From Octopus bimaculoides (lineage: Eukaryota): DNA of 57,015 nt. Under the pieces are notes generated by a model that saw nothing but the letters and a program-made list of their open reading frames with translations, was not told where the DNA came from and did no database searches. The DNA lies in assembly GCF_001194135.2 (NCBI RefSeq), contig NC_068992.1:19918935-19975949 (forward strand). The letters run 5' to 3'. Below are positions 12,630 through 25,919 of this stretch, piece by piece (position 1 is the stretch's first letter; every line of letters begins with the position of its first letter). The position numbers and the translations under genes were made by a program.

Positions 12630-13560
12630 GAAAGCTGAGGTAGATTTGGACGTTTTGATTTCGATTTTGGCTCTGAAAACTCACAAGCAAATATCCACAC
12701 CAAGATGGTGCTATGAAGGTCAGTGGAAAGGAGGAAACTCTGTCCAATATACTGAAAGCGAAGTAAATATTTTGGTGATTGTTTTATGGCTTTGATCTTT
12801 CAGAAAATGTAAAAAGTAAAACAATGATAATCTCTTTATTTTTAAGGGAAGCAAATGAATGCTGTAGTTAAAGAAAATTCTTGTTAAATCTAAATGCTAA
12901 TCTATGTGTTTAGGGAAGAGATACAGGAATATTGCTGAGAGTAAGTTAGCTGACAGAAAGTGTGATATTCATCTTGCATGCATCACAACCAGCGAAATAT
13001 TTCCACTCCAGGAAGAATTCAAGAAATCGCGGCAATACATGCAGGAAATCTACACTTAGTGGATCTAAAGAGGGCGTTTGGTTTCGTGTCATAGACATTT
13101 TACAGAGTTTTGCAGAATCTGTAATTGACAAGCTGCTTACTATTTCATTTTTGTTCCTTTACGCATATTCTAATGTTCCATGTAAGCGTCGCCGGAGTAA
13201 CGTTATTCGATACGGTGTGCAACAGAGAGACCAAGAATTCGATATAGACTAAGATACTGCTTCTCTGCATTGAACATACTGTTTTGCGACAATGGATATG
13301 TGATTGAAAAGCACGAGCAAAATATTGTGGGGGACCTAGGAGTAGACCGCGAGCTAAATGATTATATTATATCCGTACTCCTTTTCAGTATCGCTTGGTA
13401 AAACGGGGAAACATTTGCTAGAGGCTTCTTCTGATAGCAACCAACGAAAGGACTATCTGAGAACTTATCCATCACGGACTTTAGAGAAACAGTGGAATGG
13501 TTACGGCTGGAAGGTTTATGATATCACGTCTCTTCTGTTAGGTCTTACCCGTAGTTAAAC
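12630..13560 (+). pseudogene. Decayed reverse-transcriptase region of an RTE-like non-LTR retrotransposon
   Basis: Motifs are colinear across frameshifts and stops: KG.K.ECCS*R..LLNL (like KG...C.NYRGISLL), ITTSEIFPLQEEFKKSRQYMQEIY (like STTD.IF.L.Q..EK.RE...LY), LVDLKRAFGFV (FVDL.KAFD.V), YGVQQRD (GVRQGD), SVLLFS (LLFADD). Confidence 0.62.
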
Positions 13561-13800
13561 AATCACAGCCATCTTATTCTAATGTATCGAGACCAGCGCA
13601 CATTAAATTTACCAGCCTTACTCTCTCCCAACGCCACTTTTTTAACAACAGTTGAAAACAAACTAAAGCATAATACAAAATGTTCTTCAAGTAGGACTAC
13701 TTAGAGTACTTCATTTTTGAGTGGTAACATATGTCGTTATGGGGGATTCAAAATTTTCATCTAGCCTAATTCAAGACAGTTTCAGTTTCTCTTACCTACA

Positions 13801-14217
13801 GCCGCAGGCATGGCTGTGTGGTAAGAATTCTGCTTCACAACCACATGATTCTGGGTTCTGTTCTACTGCGTGGCAACTTGGGCAACTGTTTTCTACTATA
13901 ACCTCGGCTGCTCAATGTCTTGTGAATGGATTCGGTAGACGGAAACAGGAAGAAAGCCGTCGTATATATACATATATTATTTATTTATTTGCATGTCTTT
14001 GTGTCTGAGTCCCTTCCTCCACCGTCACTTGACAATCGATGTTGGCGTGTTTACATCTCCATAACCTACCGGTTTGGCTAACGCAACCGATAGAAGGTTT
14101 ACTAGGCATAAAAAGAATAAGTCCTGGGGCCGATTTCTTCGACTAAAACCCTTTATGGTGGTGCTCCAGCATTGCCGCAATCAAATTACTGAAATACGTA
14201 AAAGAATAAAAAAATAC
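13801..14217 (+). mobile_element. Near full-length tRNA-derived SINE (family 3) with an internal simple-repeat segment
   Basis: tRNA-like head (tggctgtgtggtaag ... gggttctgttc), gtggcaacttgggcaac body, (TA)/(TTAT) insert at about 13965-14005, A-rich aaagaataaa tail. Colinear with the copy at 36189-36660. Confidence 0.8.
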
Positions 14218-16121
14218 AAACCTAACAATGTTCTTTTGCATTCTATTCTAATATTGTTACATATGATTTTTTTTTATAAGTACGAGCTCATAAACTAAAT
14301 AGTTTAGCAACATTTACCACCTAAATTTCCGTTTCTCTACAAGTATTTAGTTTGATGTTAGACATAATATCGCAAGAAATATATATATTTTACTCATTAA
14401 ATGGCAGAAGAAATTTATACATGATTGATGATATGAAATATGAGCAGTAAATAAGGTTAACACAAATTACATTAGTTCATACTATCTTCGACCTCTAGTA
14501 ATTTTCTATACAGGGAATATCTTCTTGGTATACAGAGGAATTTGAATCATTCTTTCTTTGAATTTCTCTTTTACTTTCAGAATTATTCTGGTTCCACTCT
14601 CACGGTAGATGCAGATGTCTCTTACCTTTTCTCGAATTGCCTTGATATGATGTTCGGTGGCAAAATGCATATCGAATACACAAAACATTATTTGTCAATC
14701 CATTTAATTTCCTTTGCAAGGAAATAAACATTAAAACCATTAAAAAAAATCAAAACAATAACAAAAAATTATGAAATAAACAAATATCAACCAGTTTAAT
14801 TTTCTGAGTGAATTTGTTTGCAAAGAGATAATCAGCGATCGATGATTAACGCTATTAACTTTATATTGGGGAACAGAAGAATCACATCCAAAAATGTAGG
14901 CTACAGAATTTAATTGGTGTTTCTGTTAATGTAAAATGAAATCGGATTAAATACATGAGCCATCAAAAGCTTACCAAAACACAATTATTTTGAACTCATT
15001 TACCTAACACAAACTGATTTATTTTTGTCTGTTATCTTTCAGATGTATATATCAATGAACTAGAAATAGATTTTCTGTTGAAGTATTTAACTTTTGGTCA
15101 AGATATATTGCAGACATGGTTCAAGGGAATATGGATGTCAAAATTTTAACAACATAGCGTGTGAGGCAACTTACTTGTTTCATATCAGAGAAGGTCAGCG
15201 TTAGTTTACTTCTACGGTAAATAAACTATAAAACCACGTTTTTACTCAGTTATCTAAATCGATAATACAGGGTAGTCAACTTAGAATAACTTCCTCATGA
15301 AGTATAATATTATTCTCCACTCAAAATTTATTTTGATGTGTTTTCTTCTAAGAGGGTATGAAAATAGAGAAGAAAGAAAACAATCTTTGATGTTATGTTA
15401 TTACAGTGTCCTCCAGTTTCATTTAAACTTATATTGTTTTCGCAGAATTTATAATTATATTCCAATTCATCCGGTTTTCAAAAACCCACAGCTTCTACTT
15501 ACAAGGTTGATATTCCTAAACTCTGTTTTGTTATATAATTTAGTGTAAGGGAATCTATGAAGCGTTTTCTTTAGCAATATTTTATATAATTTTAAAGTTT
15601 CTGTATTGGCTTTCTGTATTGTATATAAAAAAGAAAACACGAATATTATCCATGTTTGNNNNNNNNNNNNNNNNNNNNNNNNNNNNNNNNNNNNNNNNNN
15701 NNNNNNNNNNNNNNNNNNNNNNNNNNNNNNNNNNNNNNNNNNNNNNNNNNNNNNNNNNNNNNNNNNNNNNNNNNNNNNNNNNNNNNNNNNNNNNNNNNNN
15801 NNNNNNNNNNNNNNNNNNNNNNNNNNNNNNNNNNNNNNNNNNNNNNNNNNNNNNNNNNNNNNNNNNNNNNNNNNNNNNNNNNNNNNNNNNNNNNNNNNNN
15901 NNNNNNNNNNNNNNNNNNNNNNNNNNNNNNNNNNNNNNNNNNNNNNNNNNNNNNNNNNNNNNNNNNNNNNNNNNNNNNNNNNNNNNNNNNNNNNNNNNNN
16001 NNNNNNNNNNNNNNNNNNNNNNNNNNNNNNNNNNNNNNNNNNNNNNNNNNNNNNNNNNNNNNNNNNNNNNNNNNNNNNNNNNNNNNNNNNNNNNNNNNNN
16101 NNNNNNNNNNNNNNNNNNNNN

Positions 16122-16167
<46 letters not shown>

Positions 16168-17539
16168 TGTATGTATGTATGTATATAAGATAAACTAATA
16201 AGTACATGTGTAAACAAGTATAGACATTGCATTTATATGTTTTTAATGTCATCCTACATATTGAAGTGTAGTGAAAAAAAATCAATATTAGAAAAGCTAA
16301 ACAAAAGAAAACATGGTGTAGAGTAATGTAGTTTATTGAATTCAAGAACATGTTATGCTTCTGATCATTGATTTCAAATTAGTTACCTATGTGTGTTGTT
16401 TAACATATTAGAGTACATACAAACCTAGCTGTGTTTTAAGATGTAATAACATAACATCTCTCTTCCCAGTTAATTAGTGTCAGATAAGAATTACAGCTAT
16501 GATGAATGATTTCGTTTAGTTTACGTTTAATACTTTTTAAATGGTTTAGCAAACATGCTTCATATACACTCATCTATATGCAAGATTTTATTTCATAAAT
16601 GTTAAATTCAGCTTTTTTATCATTATTATTATCACCCACACTTATTTGTTACATTGGTGTTACTATTCATATTCGTAAATTAAAAGAATAATTTACCAGC
16701 CATTAAGTTTGACGATTCATAAATATGAAGAGAAATCTGAGACAATAATTTCACTCATCATTAGTTAGGTGGAATTATAAACCAGACAGTCAATGACATA
16801 ATGAATTTATTCAAATATGTATGAATATAGCATAATGACAGTATTGAAATATATATANNNNNNNNNNNNNNNNNNNNNNNNNNNNNNNNNNNNNNNNNNN
16901 NNNNNNNNNNNNNNNNNNNNNNNNNNNNNNNNNNNNNNNNNNNNNNNNNNNNNNNNNNNNNNNNNNNNNNNNNNNNNNNNNNNNNNNNNNNNNNNNNNNN
17001 NNNNNNNNNNNNNNNNNNNNNNNNNNNNNNNNNNNNNNNNNNNNNNNNNNNNNNNNNNNNNNNNNNNNNNNNNNNNNNNNNNNNNNNNNNNNNNNNNNNN
17101 NNNNNNNNNNNNNNNNNNNNNNNNNNNNNNNNNNNNNNNNNNNNNNNNNTATATATATGGGTGGGGCTGTGTGTGTGTGTGTGCGTGTATGTATGTATGT
17201 AGGTATGTTTGCATGCTTATATGCATGGTTAAAATATTTCTATTTGACCAATTTAACAAAGAACGCGCTTGCACGACAGGGAATTTTGTATACTTTTGTA
17301 CTCTTTGTAAGATTTGAAATGTAATATAAGTATAATGTAAACCTTTTCTGGACGTAATAGCATAGAAACTATATAAGTGTAGAAAGCAAATAAATGTGCG
17401 ATATATTTTTTTGCTCTGTCTCTAATTGATAATTATTACATTTGAAAACAATCGCGGTACGCAGAGACATGGTGTGTGTCAAGCTGAACAGAATGTAACC
17501 ACTGAAAGAAGTAGTTTCCATATTGGTTTCATATATTGG

Positions 17540-17640
17540 CAGAAGGCCGGCAAATTTTTGGGAGTGTGTAAGTCGACTACACCGATCCCAGTGCTCATCG
17601 ACCATGAAACGAATGAAGGCGGAGTCGACTTCGGAAGTAT
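17540..17640 (-). mobile_element. Partial CORE-like SINE (family 1)
   Basis: aaggccggcaaatttttgggagtgtgtaagtcgactacaccgatcccagtgctca...gtcgacttcgg matches the minus copy at 44081-44293, with a short internal deletion. Confidence 0.65.
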
Positions 17641-18777
17641 AAATTAACTTATGTATTGAGAGTAATTTTAGATTATTATTTTTCTACTGTTAATGTGTTT
17701 AACAATATTCTAAGACCACATACATGATATTATGTAAACGAAAAATTGTTTGGGTAGTGTCTCTGGAATGTAGCAGCTTAGAAAAACAAAAGAAAGATAC
17801 ATAGAATGCAATATGTTGAGTATATACTTCAAAAGGCATTAGTATGTCTGTATAGCCAAAAAGCTATACATCAGTACTCCCAATCAGAAACGACGGTGCA
17901 GGAACAGCTGCAAGTTATCTCTCTTATCAAATATCTTATTAAAGAAACGAAGAACACATTGCATATTATAGTCCATGATGTACGATGTTTGATTATTGAT
18001 ATTTTCGGTATTAGGTTTGCAATATACTTGATGCAAAGTCATGTAATGGAACATATTTTGCTGTATCTCTTGAGGGTCATTATACCAATAATAACCACAC
18101 GCACTGGTTTTATTTGACTTCTTCATTATGTATTTCTGAATTGGTTAACAATCTGTCCCGTTAAATAGTCGATTGTCTGATTAATCATTCGGCTAATCAA
18201 TCCATGTCTAAAAGTCTTTTCTTTGCCAATCGCAAGACATACAACAAAGGTTTCTTATATATTTTCTTAGGTAAGTTTTCTCAAATATGCATAATTTGAT
18301 GCGAAACATCATCACCAACAACAATATAAACAGCAAAAGCAACACTAAAACATCGTTCTTGAAATCAAATTTTGGAGCTACGTAGTGAGAATGCAATCAA
18401 TTCAAACGCATACAATTACGTTGAGAAAAATCCCAACTTGAATTCAATGCGGGTGTTTAAGTTTATGTAACTATATTATATAAGATTTCAATTCTTATTG
18501 ATAAGAATGTTAAGCCATTGATATAGACTGTATTGCACCCAGAAGCATGTTTATAGTAAGGTGTATATGTTTATGATATTTCCGTTATGATATAAACATG
18601 GAAGTCTGTCTGGAGCAAATTGACAATGAAATAGATTTGATATTCGACATTCAATTATATTCCTTCTCTTCTTGCTAGATTTTCATTATTATATTTCTAT
18701 AGAGCAATCAGCTAGTTTGTTTTTTGTCTTTCTGAATAATGTTAAGAAAATGGGTATGAATGCTGCCTTCCATCAAA

Positions 18778-18933
<156 letters not shown>

Positions 18934-19067
18934 GATTTGCAGTACCAGACAGTGATTTTCATGGTTTCTCTTCTTAACTGATTTGGGGTTTGGATAATTC
19001 ACCTCTGGAAACATGGCTGTTTCGTACAACATCAGCGTGCTAACGATTCTGCCAGCTCGCCGCCTTA
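18934..19067. mobile_element. Chimera: internally deleted copy of the 19171-19707 element fused to an inverted family-1 SINE head
   Basis: 18934-18985 matches 19171-19225, then jumps to match about 19406-19458. 19034-19067 is the reverse complement of the SINE head ggcggcgagctggcagaatcgttagcacgct. Confidence 0.8.
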
Positions 19068-19079
19068 ATGAAAATAATA

Positions 19080-19150
<71 letters not shown>

Positions 19151-19170
19151 GAATAATAATAATAATAAAT

Positions 19171-19707
19171 GATCTGATGCAGTATAAAGCAGTGGCTTTC
19201 ATGGTTGCTCATCATAACTGATTTGAAGTGTTATAATGTACATTGTTTTGTCTTGATACAAAATTCTTCTCAATACCACAGATTTGTTTGTCAGTTGCTT
19301 GACCTTAACTATTTGAGACTCTCCCTTAGTGGCTGACGTCATGTGCATCTCTCATCATGATCAGAAGTAGTGGGGGAGAATCATAGCGATGTGTTGAGAG
19401 GAATTATTTGGGGTTTGGATTATTCACCTCTGGAAACATGGGTGTTTCGTTCAACATCTTTAGACATCCCTTCTTCAGGGACCTTTTGAGCGGGATGAAC
19501 TAATCGACCTGAAGAAAATTCTAACTGGGCCCCACCAGCATGGTCATGCACTGTTTATCTTGATATGAGATCACAATGTCGCACACATTTGTTTGTGATG
19601 CATGTACCTGGTGTACTCTTATCAGACGGGTAGTCATAATGGTTATGCTGGGCTCCGTATATTTTACCCCAGTGTCACTTTGATGGTATGTACTGCTCTT
19701 TCACTCA
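19171..19707. mobile_element. ~540-bp non-coding interspersed element embedded in (AAT)n/(AAC)n arrays; orientation and class unknown
   Basis: Complex sequence bounded on both sides by trinucleotide arrays, with a second deleted copy 240 bp upstream. No ORF and no tRNA head seen. Confidence 0.65.
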
Positions 19708-21004
19708 ATAACAACAACAACAACAACAACGATAAAAATAAAATAATAATAATAATTATTATTATTATATCGTTTCCATCGTCGTCGTCTTTGCTTTGTT
19801 GGTGCTGATTTTGATTTCGTTTTTTCTTTGCACAGCAGCAATATGAATATTTTTTTCTAGTTTTTCCTTACGCAGTAGTCGAATTATGCGTTCGGTAGAA
19901 GGTTCACTTGAGCCTATATACAGAGAACTAGTGATGAGTAAGGCCTATGACGTTGTCAATGAACCTGTACGTCAATGAAAATCAAGTGGCTCCTCCGTTC
20001 AGTAAAACATTCGTTCGAGTTTCGAAGAATAATTTCTGAAATCTATAGCCCGGTAGTATTATTACCGATTCCAGTGAAATTCTCTGGAAATAGAAGTGTC
20101 ATCATACGTGGCTGTGATGCGCACAGGATCAGTAAAACTTTATTAAATGCACTCGTCTAAAATACAACTATTGTTGGTCGACTGAGTTAAGTCGAACAAC
20201 AGCTACCACATTACCACATATAGGGCAGACGCGATGGGCCTCTGAGTCCATTATGGTCAAGAGAAGCACTGCCGGTTAAAGATAATTCCCGGTTGACTGT
20301 GCGAGTTGCGCAAATCGCTATGAAACTGCTCGGCACGTAATAATGTAGTGTCTGCGCACAGCTGAATTGTGGATTTATGTCCAACAGCAGCTGTTACGTG
20401 CAGTCTAACGGATGAGGATCAACCACTGTCTGTTTTTAGAAAGGCAGTATTCCTATACGTGTTGGCTCTCATGAAAGGCGTTGATGGGCTGAAGTAAAGG
20501 ACGACAAATACTTTCTTGAGTAAATCTATCATAGACAATTGCATGTTTCATATAAAAAGGAAGGTGAAGACGTAAATAGAAGTACTCACTGCTAGAAAAT
20601 TGGAGAACATTTGAGTAGCTGTGATAAAAGGGGTCAGAAATATTTGATAATAAACTAAGTATGCTCCTGTGGATTTGAGAACAACAGTTGAGTGATGGTT
20701 CCTACTCTTGGCGGCCAAGGTGATACCGAGTGAGCAGGGCTTCTTGGCTTATAGAAGGAGTCCCTCCTGCATCGTGAGGACTGCTTCACCCATGGATAAA
20801 AATATTTTTCATATTAAATATATATTGTATAGTATATAGCCCCTTCAAATCATTCCACGTTTTCTTTATGCAAGCACCGTGACATTACAAACGGTGACTT
20901 TAATTTCACGTATAGATGCCCTCGAGACAAACAAAAGTAATTATTAACTGTGCAACAACAACAACAACAGCAACTACTACTACTACTACTACTACTACTA
21001 AAAT

Positions 21005-21127
21005 CGGTACTTATTTTAGCGACCCAAAAGAATGTAGAGGAAAGTCGACCTCGGCGGAATTTGAACTCAGAAACTAATGCCTGAAGAAATGCCGCTAAAC
21101 ATTCTATCCAGCGTACTAACAATTCTG
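21005..21127 (-). mobile_element. CORE-like SINE (family 1), 3'-truncated
   Basis: Minus strand cagaattgttagtacgctgg...ctgagttcaaattccgccgaggtcgactttcc...gggtcgctaaaataagtacc. Flanked by (CTA)n/(CAA)n and (AAT)n. Confidence 0.85.
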
Positions 21128-21317
<190 letters not shown>

Positions 21318-22479
21318 ATGAATATTACATCACTAATGTTATAACATCGATATTGTATGTTATTTATGTTGTAAAGGCAAGGATGACGATATTTGAACGG
21401 AATAAATAGAAGGACAGTGTTAATGTTGATTTTCCTTAAGCGTTGGTCATTGATAACGGCGTTCAGTGGCGTTTTAGCAATCGTCAACATGAAAGAAGCC
21501 TTGCTTTTTTTCCTTTCATATTTTAGCAATGAAAGGGAAAATGATTCAACTATTGAAACCAACCCAGCTTACAAAATACCCTCATTTAGATTCTTTGAAT
21601 TGGATTCAAGTCCAATAAAACCATATATGTATTTTTGATTATGTCAGTGAATAGTAAAATGTGCAGCTAACCATATAATCACTTATTTGGCAATAATTCT
21701 AAACTCTGCTACTACTCATTCAGTATGCAAAACACTGAAAATAATCGCTAAATTGACTGTGTAATCTTCTAGATTTTTTCCCTATCGTTGTCTGAACTCT
21801 AATCCTACTCGGGTGTCCGTATTGTAAACTTCTATATGAATATATATGATATTGTTCACAATATTCAATCAATATCCACGAATGGTTATCCGTTTATCTA
21901 TATATTGCCTTCTTTCAATGGAAGAAATTGCTGTTTATTTCATCAGAATGCAACTTAGAGTAAGGATTAAAGCATTCACCAAGTCGAAATGGAGGAAGCA
22001 GTTTCATTTCCGACTTGGAGAGTCTCCACTTCAGTTGGTTAGCTAATGGCCTGGTGAACAATATGAATTCCATCCCTGTACATTCGGCAAAATGTTCATA
22101 TGATAATTTTAGTAACTGATTATTAAGCACTGTACAACTAGATATAAAACATCTATGAACGTGCTTTCAGCTTATGTATCAATTACTCACTTCATATGAT
22201 ATCAATCCTATTTAACTGCGTTAAAAACATAACATAATCTTATTTCACCTTGTATCTATAATTTCGATCATAGAAAAGACGAATACCAATCATATCAACT
22301 AATATATATATTCCATCGAGAACGAGGTAAACATATGTTTTATACATACATGCATACGTACATGTATGTGTGTCTGTGTGTGTGTAATGAATGTTTCTAT
22401 ATCCAATTTCCACTTAAACACAAAATATATGTTGAGGCTTATAGAAAAATATAGCAATTATTATGAAAGATATCGAGTA

Positions 22480-22640
22480 TGGTGGATTGAAAGAATCTTA
22501 ATATCATCGGATACGATGTGTTTTCGATTATACACGCGTATTGTACTCTCCGAGTTTGATTCCCACGACGGTGCACTATAGATTTATACCTTATAAGTTT
22601 GATAAAATGATGTAATTATCCAGCGCTGAGAGGTTTATAA
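22480..22640 (+). mobile_element. Very old, decayed family-1-like SINE
   Basis: ccgagtttgattcccacgacgg...ccttataagtttgataaaatga echoes ctgagttcaaattccgccgagg...cctttcggggtcgataaaataag. Confidence 0.3.
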
Positions 22641-23576
22641 AGCAACTTGCTCTAAGTAAAAATATGTGCCTCTGTGCGTTTTCAGAAAATGACATGAATA
22701 CTATTCTTTAGGCATTTGTTAATGGTAAAAATGGCAGAAAGTAGAGCGAAGGGGGGGGATCGCAGAATTCCTTTTCGTAAATGTATCTCATGGAGATACA
22801 TATCGACTGAGTGAATTTTGATTTGCATTGACTGAATATCAATAAAATCGTATGTACGAAGCTTGTACATAGCTATAATATCCCATTCGCTTCGGTACGA
22901 TATGTTTCAGTACCCAACAAGAAGTGTAATCTTTCCGAACATGTTTATCGGCAAAAGCAGTGTACTGATTGGATTTATCTACGTCATTGAATGTTCTCAT
23001 AAAAGGTGTTAACGACCATTCAGCACATGCTGACTTATTGTGGTTGACGCGACAATCTTCAAAGTCACGCAGTAATTTTTTCCGCCAAATACTTTAACAG
23101 ATTTTAGAAGCTGGCTAATATCTAGCAAAGCTGGAAAAACCAACTCCAGGAGAGAGAACCACAAAGCTGGCTAGATGAAACTCTGATATTCGTCACAACG
23201 TCTTGGTATTTATTATAGTGTAAAACTCGAGTCATACGAAAACTAATTCTGTTTAACTTAACATACATTTAGAGAAGTTGTGAGTATGCTCGTTTCATTT
23301 CCTTCATATATACACACATTCATATATATATATATATATATANNNNNNNNNNNNNNNNNNNNNNNNNNNNNNNNNNNNNNNNNNNNNNNNNNNNNNNNNN
23401 NNNNNNNNNNNNNNNNNNNNNNNNNNNNNNNNNNNNNNNNNNNNNNNNNNNNNNNNNNNNNNNNNNNNNNNNNNNNNNNNNNNNNNNNNNNNNNNNNNNN
23501 NNNNNNNNNNNNNNNNNNNNNNNNNNNNNNNNNNNNNNNNNNNNNNNNNNNNNNNNNNNNNNNNNNNNNNNNNNNN

Positions 23577-23615
<39 letters not shown>

Positions 23616-25522
23616 ATCCTAACGTACACACATACATTAACTAATACAGAATCAAGTATGCATTGAATGAATGAATCTAATGAAAATACAAAATCTTCCT
23701 ATTCTTTTGTAGCTGAGTTTCAAATTTAACTGAAAAAAAATCAATACCTTAGATAATGCTTAATTCTTTGGGTGCCTTTATCCTAATGAAAATAAAAGCA
23801 TAGAAATCAAGAAGAATTATGATGAAAAAACACCAAGATACAATGTAAGACTCGGAACCGAAAATTGAAATCTATTTTCAGCATTTCGTTTTAATGTAAA
23901 TTAAATTTTTGTTTATTCGTATTTTACTTTTCAATGTAGTGTAAATTTTATCGTAATAGTATAGGAATGAGGCAATATAATTAACAGACATCACGTGAGA
24001 TGCTCTGCTAGATTTTTTAAACAAATTCTTAACAAGGAGGAGCAAATGTTTTATTCAGATTACAATACAGTTTAAAAATACATTACGAAAAATTACTATA
24101 TCGTCTCTATGAGTTAGATAATAATTGCACAATTGAAAATAGTAACAATAATTGCCGGTAAAATATTTTATATTTTGACTTTTTTTTCCCATGTTACAAT
24201 GAATATATTTTTCCTATTTTTTCTTTCGTTTTCTGATTAGTTATAATGTCCCATATTTATTTGGAAATATGAAACGAGAAATGTTATGTATACACTGTCT
24301 TTTCAGAACCATTACTACCAATGGTTTGAACGTCATATTTGTTACACAGCTGATTCTCCAGTCTACTTTGTAGAAACGTATTGTGTGAAGTTGCTAGATT
24401 AATTATTTAGCTAGTGTGGCAACTATGTTCCATCCAGCTGTCCCTGTTCTACACCCACTGTTCCTGTCACTATCGTAGGGTTCAGAGTTCTCAAGTAACC
24501 CCACCTTAGGGCCCTATCACAAGTAACCGTCATTAAATCAGCTGAGTAGACAGGTGTAACTAACTACTAGTTCTTAGGCCTACTGTCGGTTGACTTCACT
24601 TGAATATTATGTCCTGCGATTCTTCCCTGCTATAGAATCCATCTTGCGATTGTTTAATACTAAATGTTCCGTACTTGCGATTCTTTCATGCGACAGAAAT
24701 TCTCTTGCAAATCTCTTCTGCGCTTTCTTGCGAAAGCTATATTCGTAGCACTTATTAAAGAATCTCTCAATCTTCCAGCTACATCTAAGTCTACCATAGG
24801 AATAACAGATCAGAAGTCTTCATAATGCAGAAATATTACAAAAATTTAAAATTCTCAATAGCAGAATATTTTATTCATCCATGATACAAGCAACAGTGAA
24901 AAAAGAAAATTGAATGCCATCATATGATAAACTTTTTACTCGGTAGAAATCTGGCTACGCTCGGGGACAGTAGTTGGATCAACAAAACTATATTTGAAAA
25001 TATAAATGAATGCATGAAATGTTGTAACATTATATTTCTAAAATATTTATGAAAGCTTTCTTATTATATATTACAGTTGAATTCATATTGAAAATAAAAA
25101 AAAGTGTTGTTTCAGAATAGTGTGACAGTCCACCAAATTGTACCCATACTTTCCATACTTCTAAGTGGTGCAACACCATGTAATACGGTGATATATATCT
25201 GTATTAGCTGAAATAACTTGTTGATAATGATTAAATGTTCATCTTTATTGTACAAATGGCGCATAGGCTTCTAGTATATACACTCACAACAATTTAGCAC
25301 CGGCCAAATCTGTTACTGTTTGAAATATAATATTGTAGCCGTTTATGCCGGTGATACAATCAATTTTCCACTGAAGGTGTGGTGCTGTACAATGTCAGGA
25401 AGATATACATATATATGCATTCCTCTCTCAGTGTCTATGTCTCTCTGTCTGTCTCTCTCTCGCTCATTCTCTCTATATATTCATATATATGATATATATA
25501 TATACATATATATACATATATT

Positions 25523-25608
<86 letters not shown>

Positions 25609-25919
25609 GGAATGCTTGTAATCCAAAAAGCGATTCGTTGTACATCTATATTGGGGTGTGACATCTCAATGCAAAGAACTAGAGTTTTATTTAATCTATC
25701 TAAAACCTAGGTTATCGTTAACGGATACACTAACTGCACGAGACTGATTCAAACAGCATGCGTTGGCACAAACCTTTTTCCACTACTGAGTTGTATTTAG
25801 GTTTATATTTGATATGATTATAGGCGGTTTTGCACAAATGTCAGATATAAACATTATCAATAGGTTTATGCATATAAGTATAAAATCTATATTGTTGGAA
25901 AACTATATTTCAAATCAAC

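Noticed and set aside
14581-14727. Strong polypyrimidine acceptors (14580, 10442, 15041) followed by short open frames
   Set aside because: No matching donors or recognisable peptides; such tracts are common in AT-rich DNA.
17884-18126. YYWYNDPQEIQQ, similar to the mariner W.YYYDPE.KQQ motif
   Set aside because: No preceding TGDE motif, no downstream VFWD, and no TIR.
19441-19500. CTGAAGA...GAAAC on the minus strand as a hammerhead core
   Set aside because: Stem II does not close (no G10.1-C11.1 pair) and no stems I/III with a cleavage triplet were found.
22768-22872. Two small perfect hairpins (atgtatctc-atg-gagatacat; tatgtac...gtacata)
   Set aside because: Stems of 7-9 bp are expected by chance in AT-rich sequence.
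25320-25370. AVYAGDT as a possible RT YADD motif
   Set aside because: An isolated motif with no colinear RT domains on that strand.
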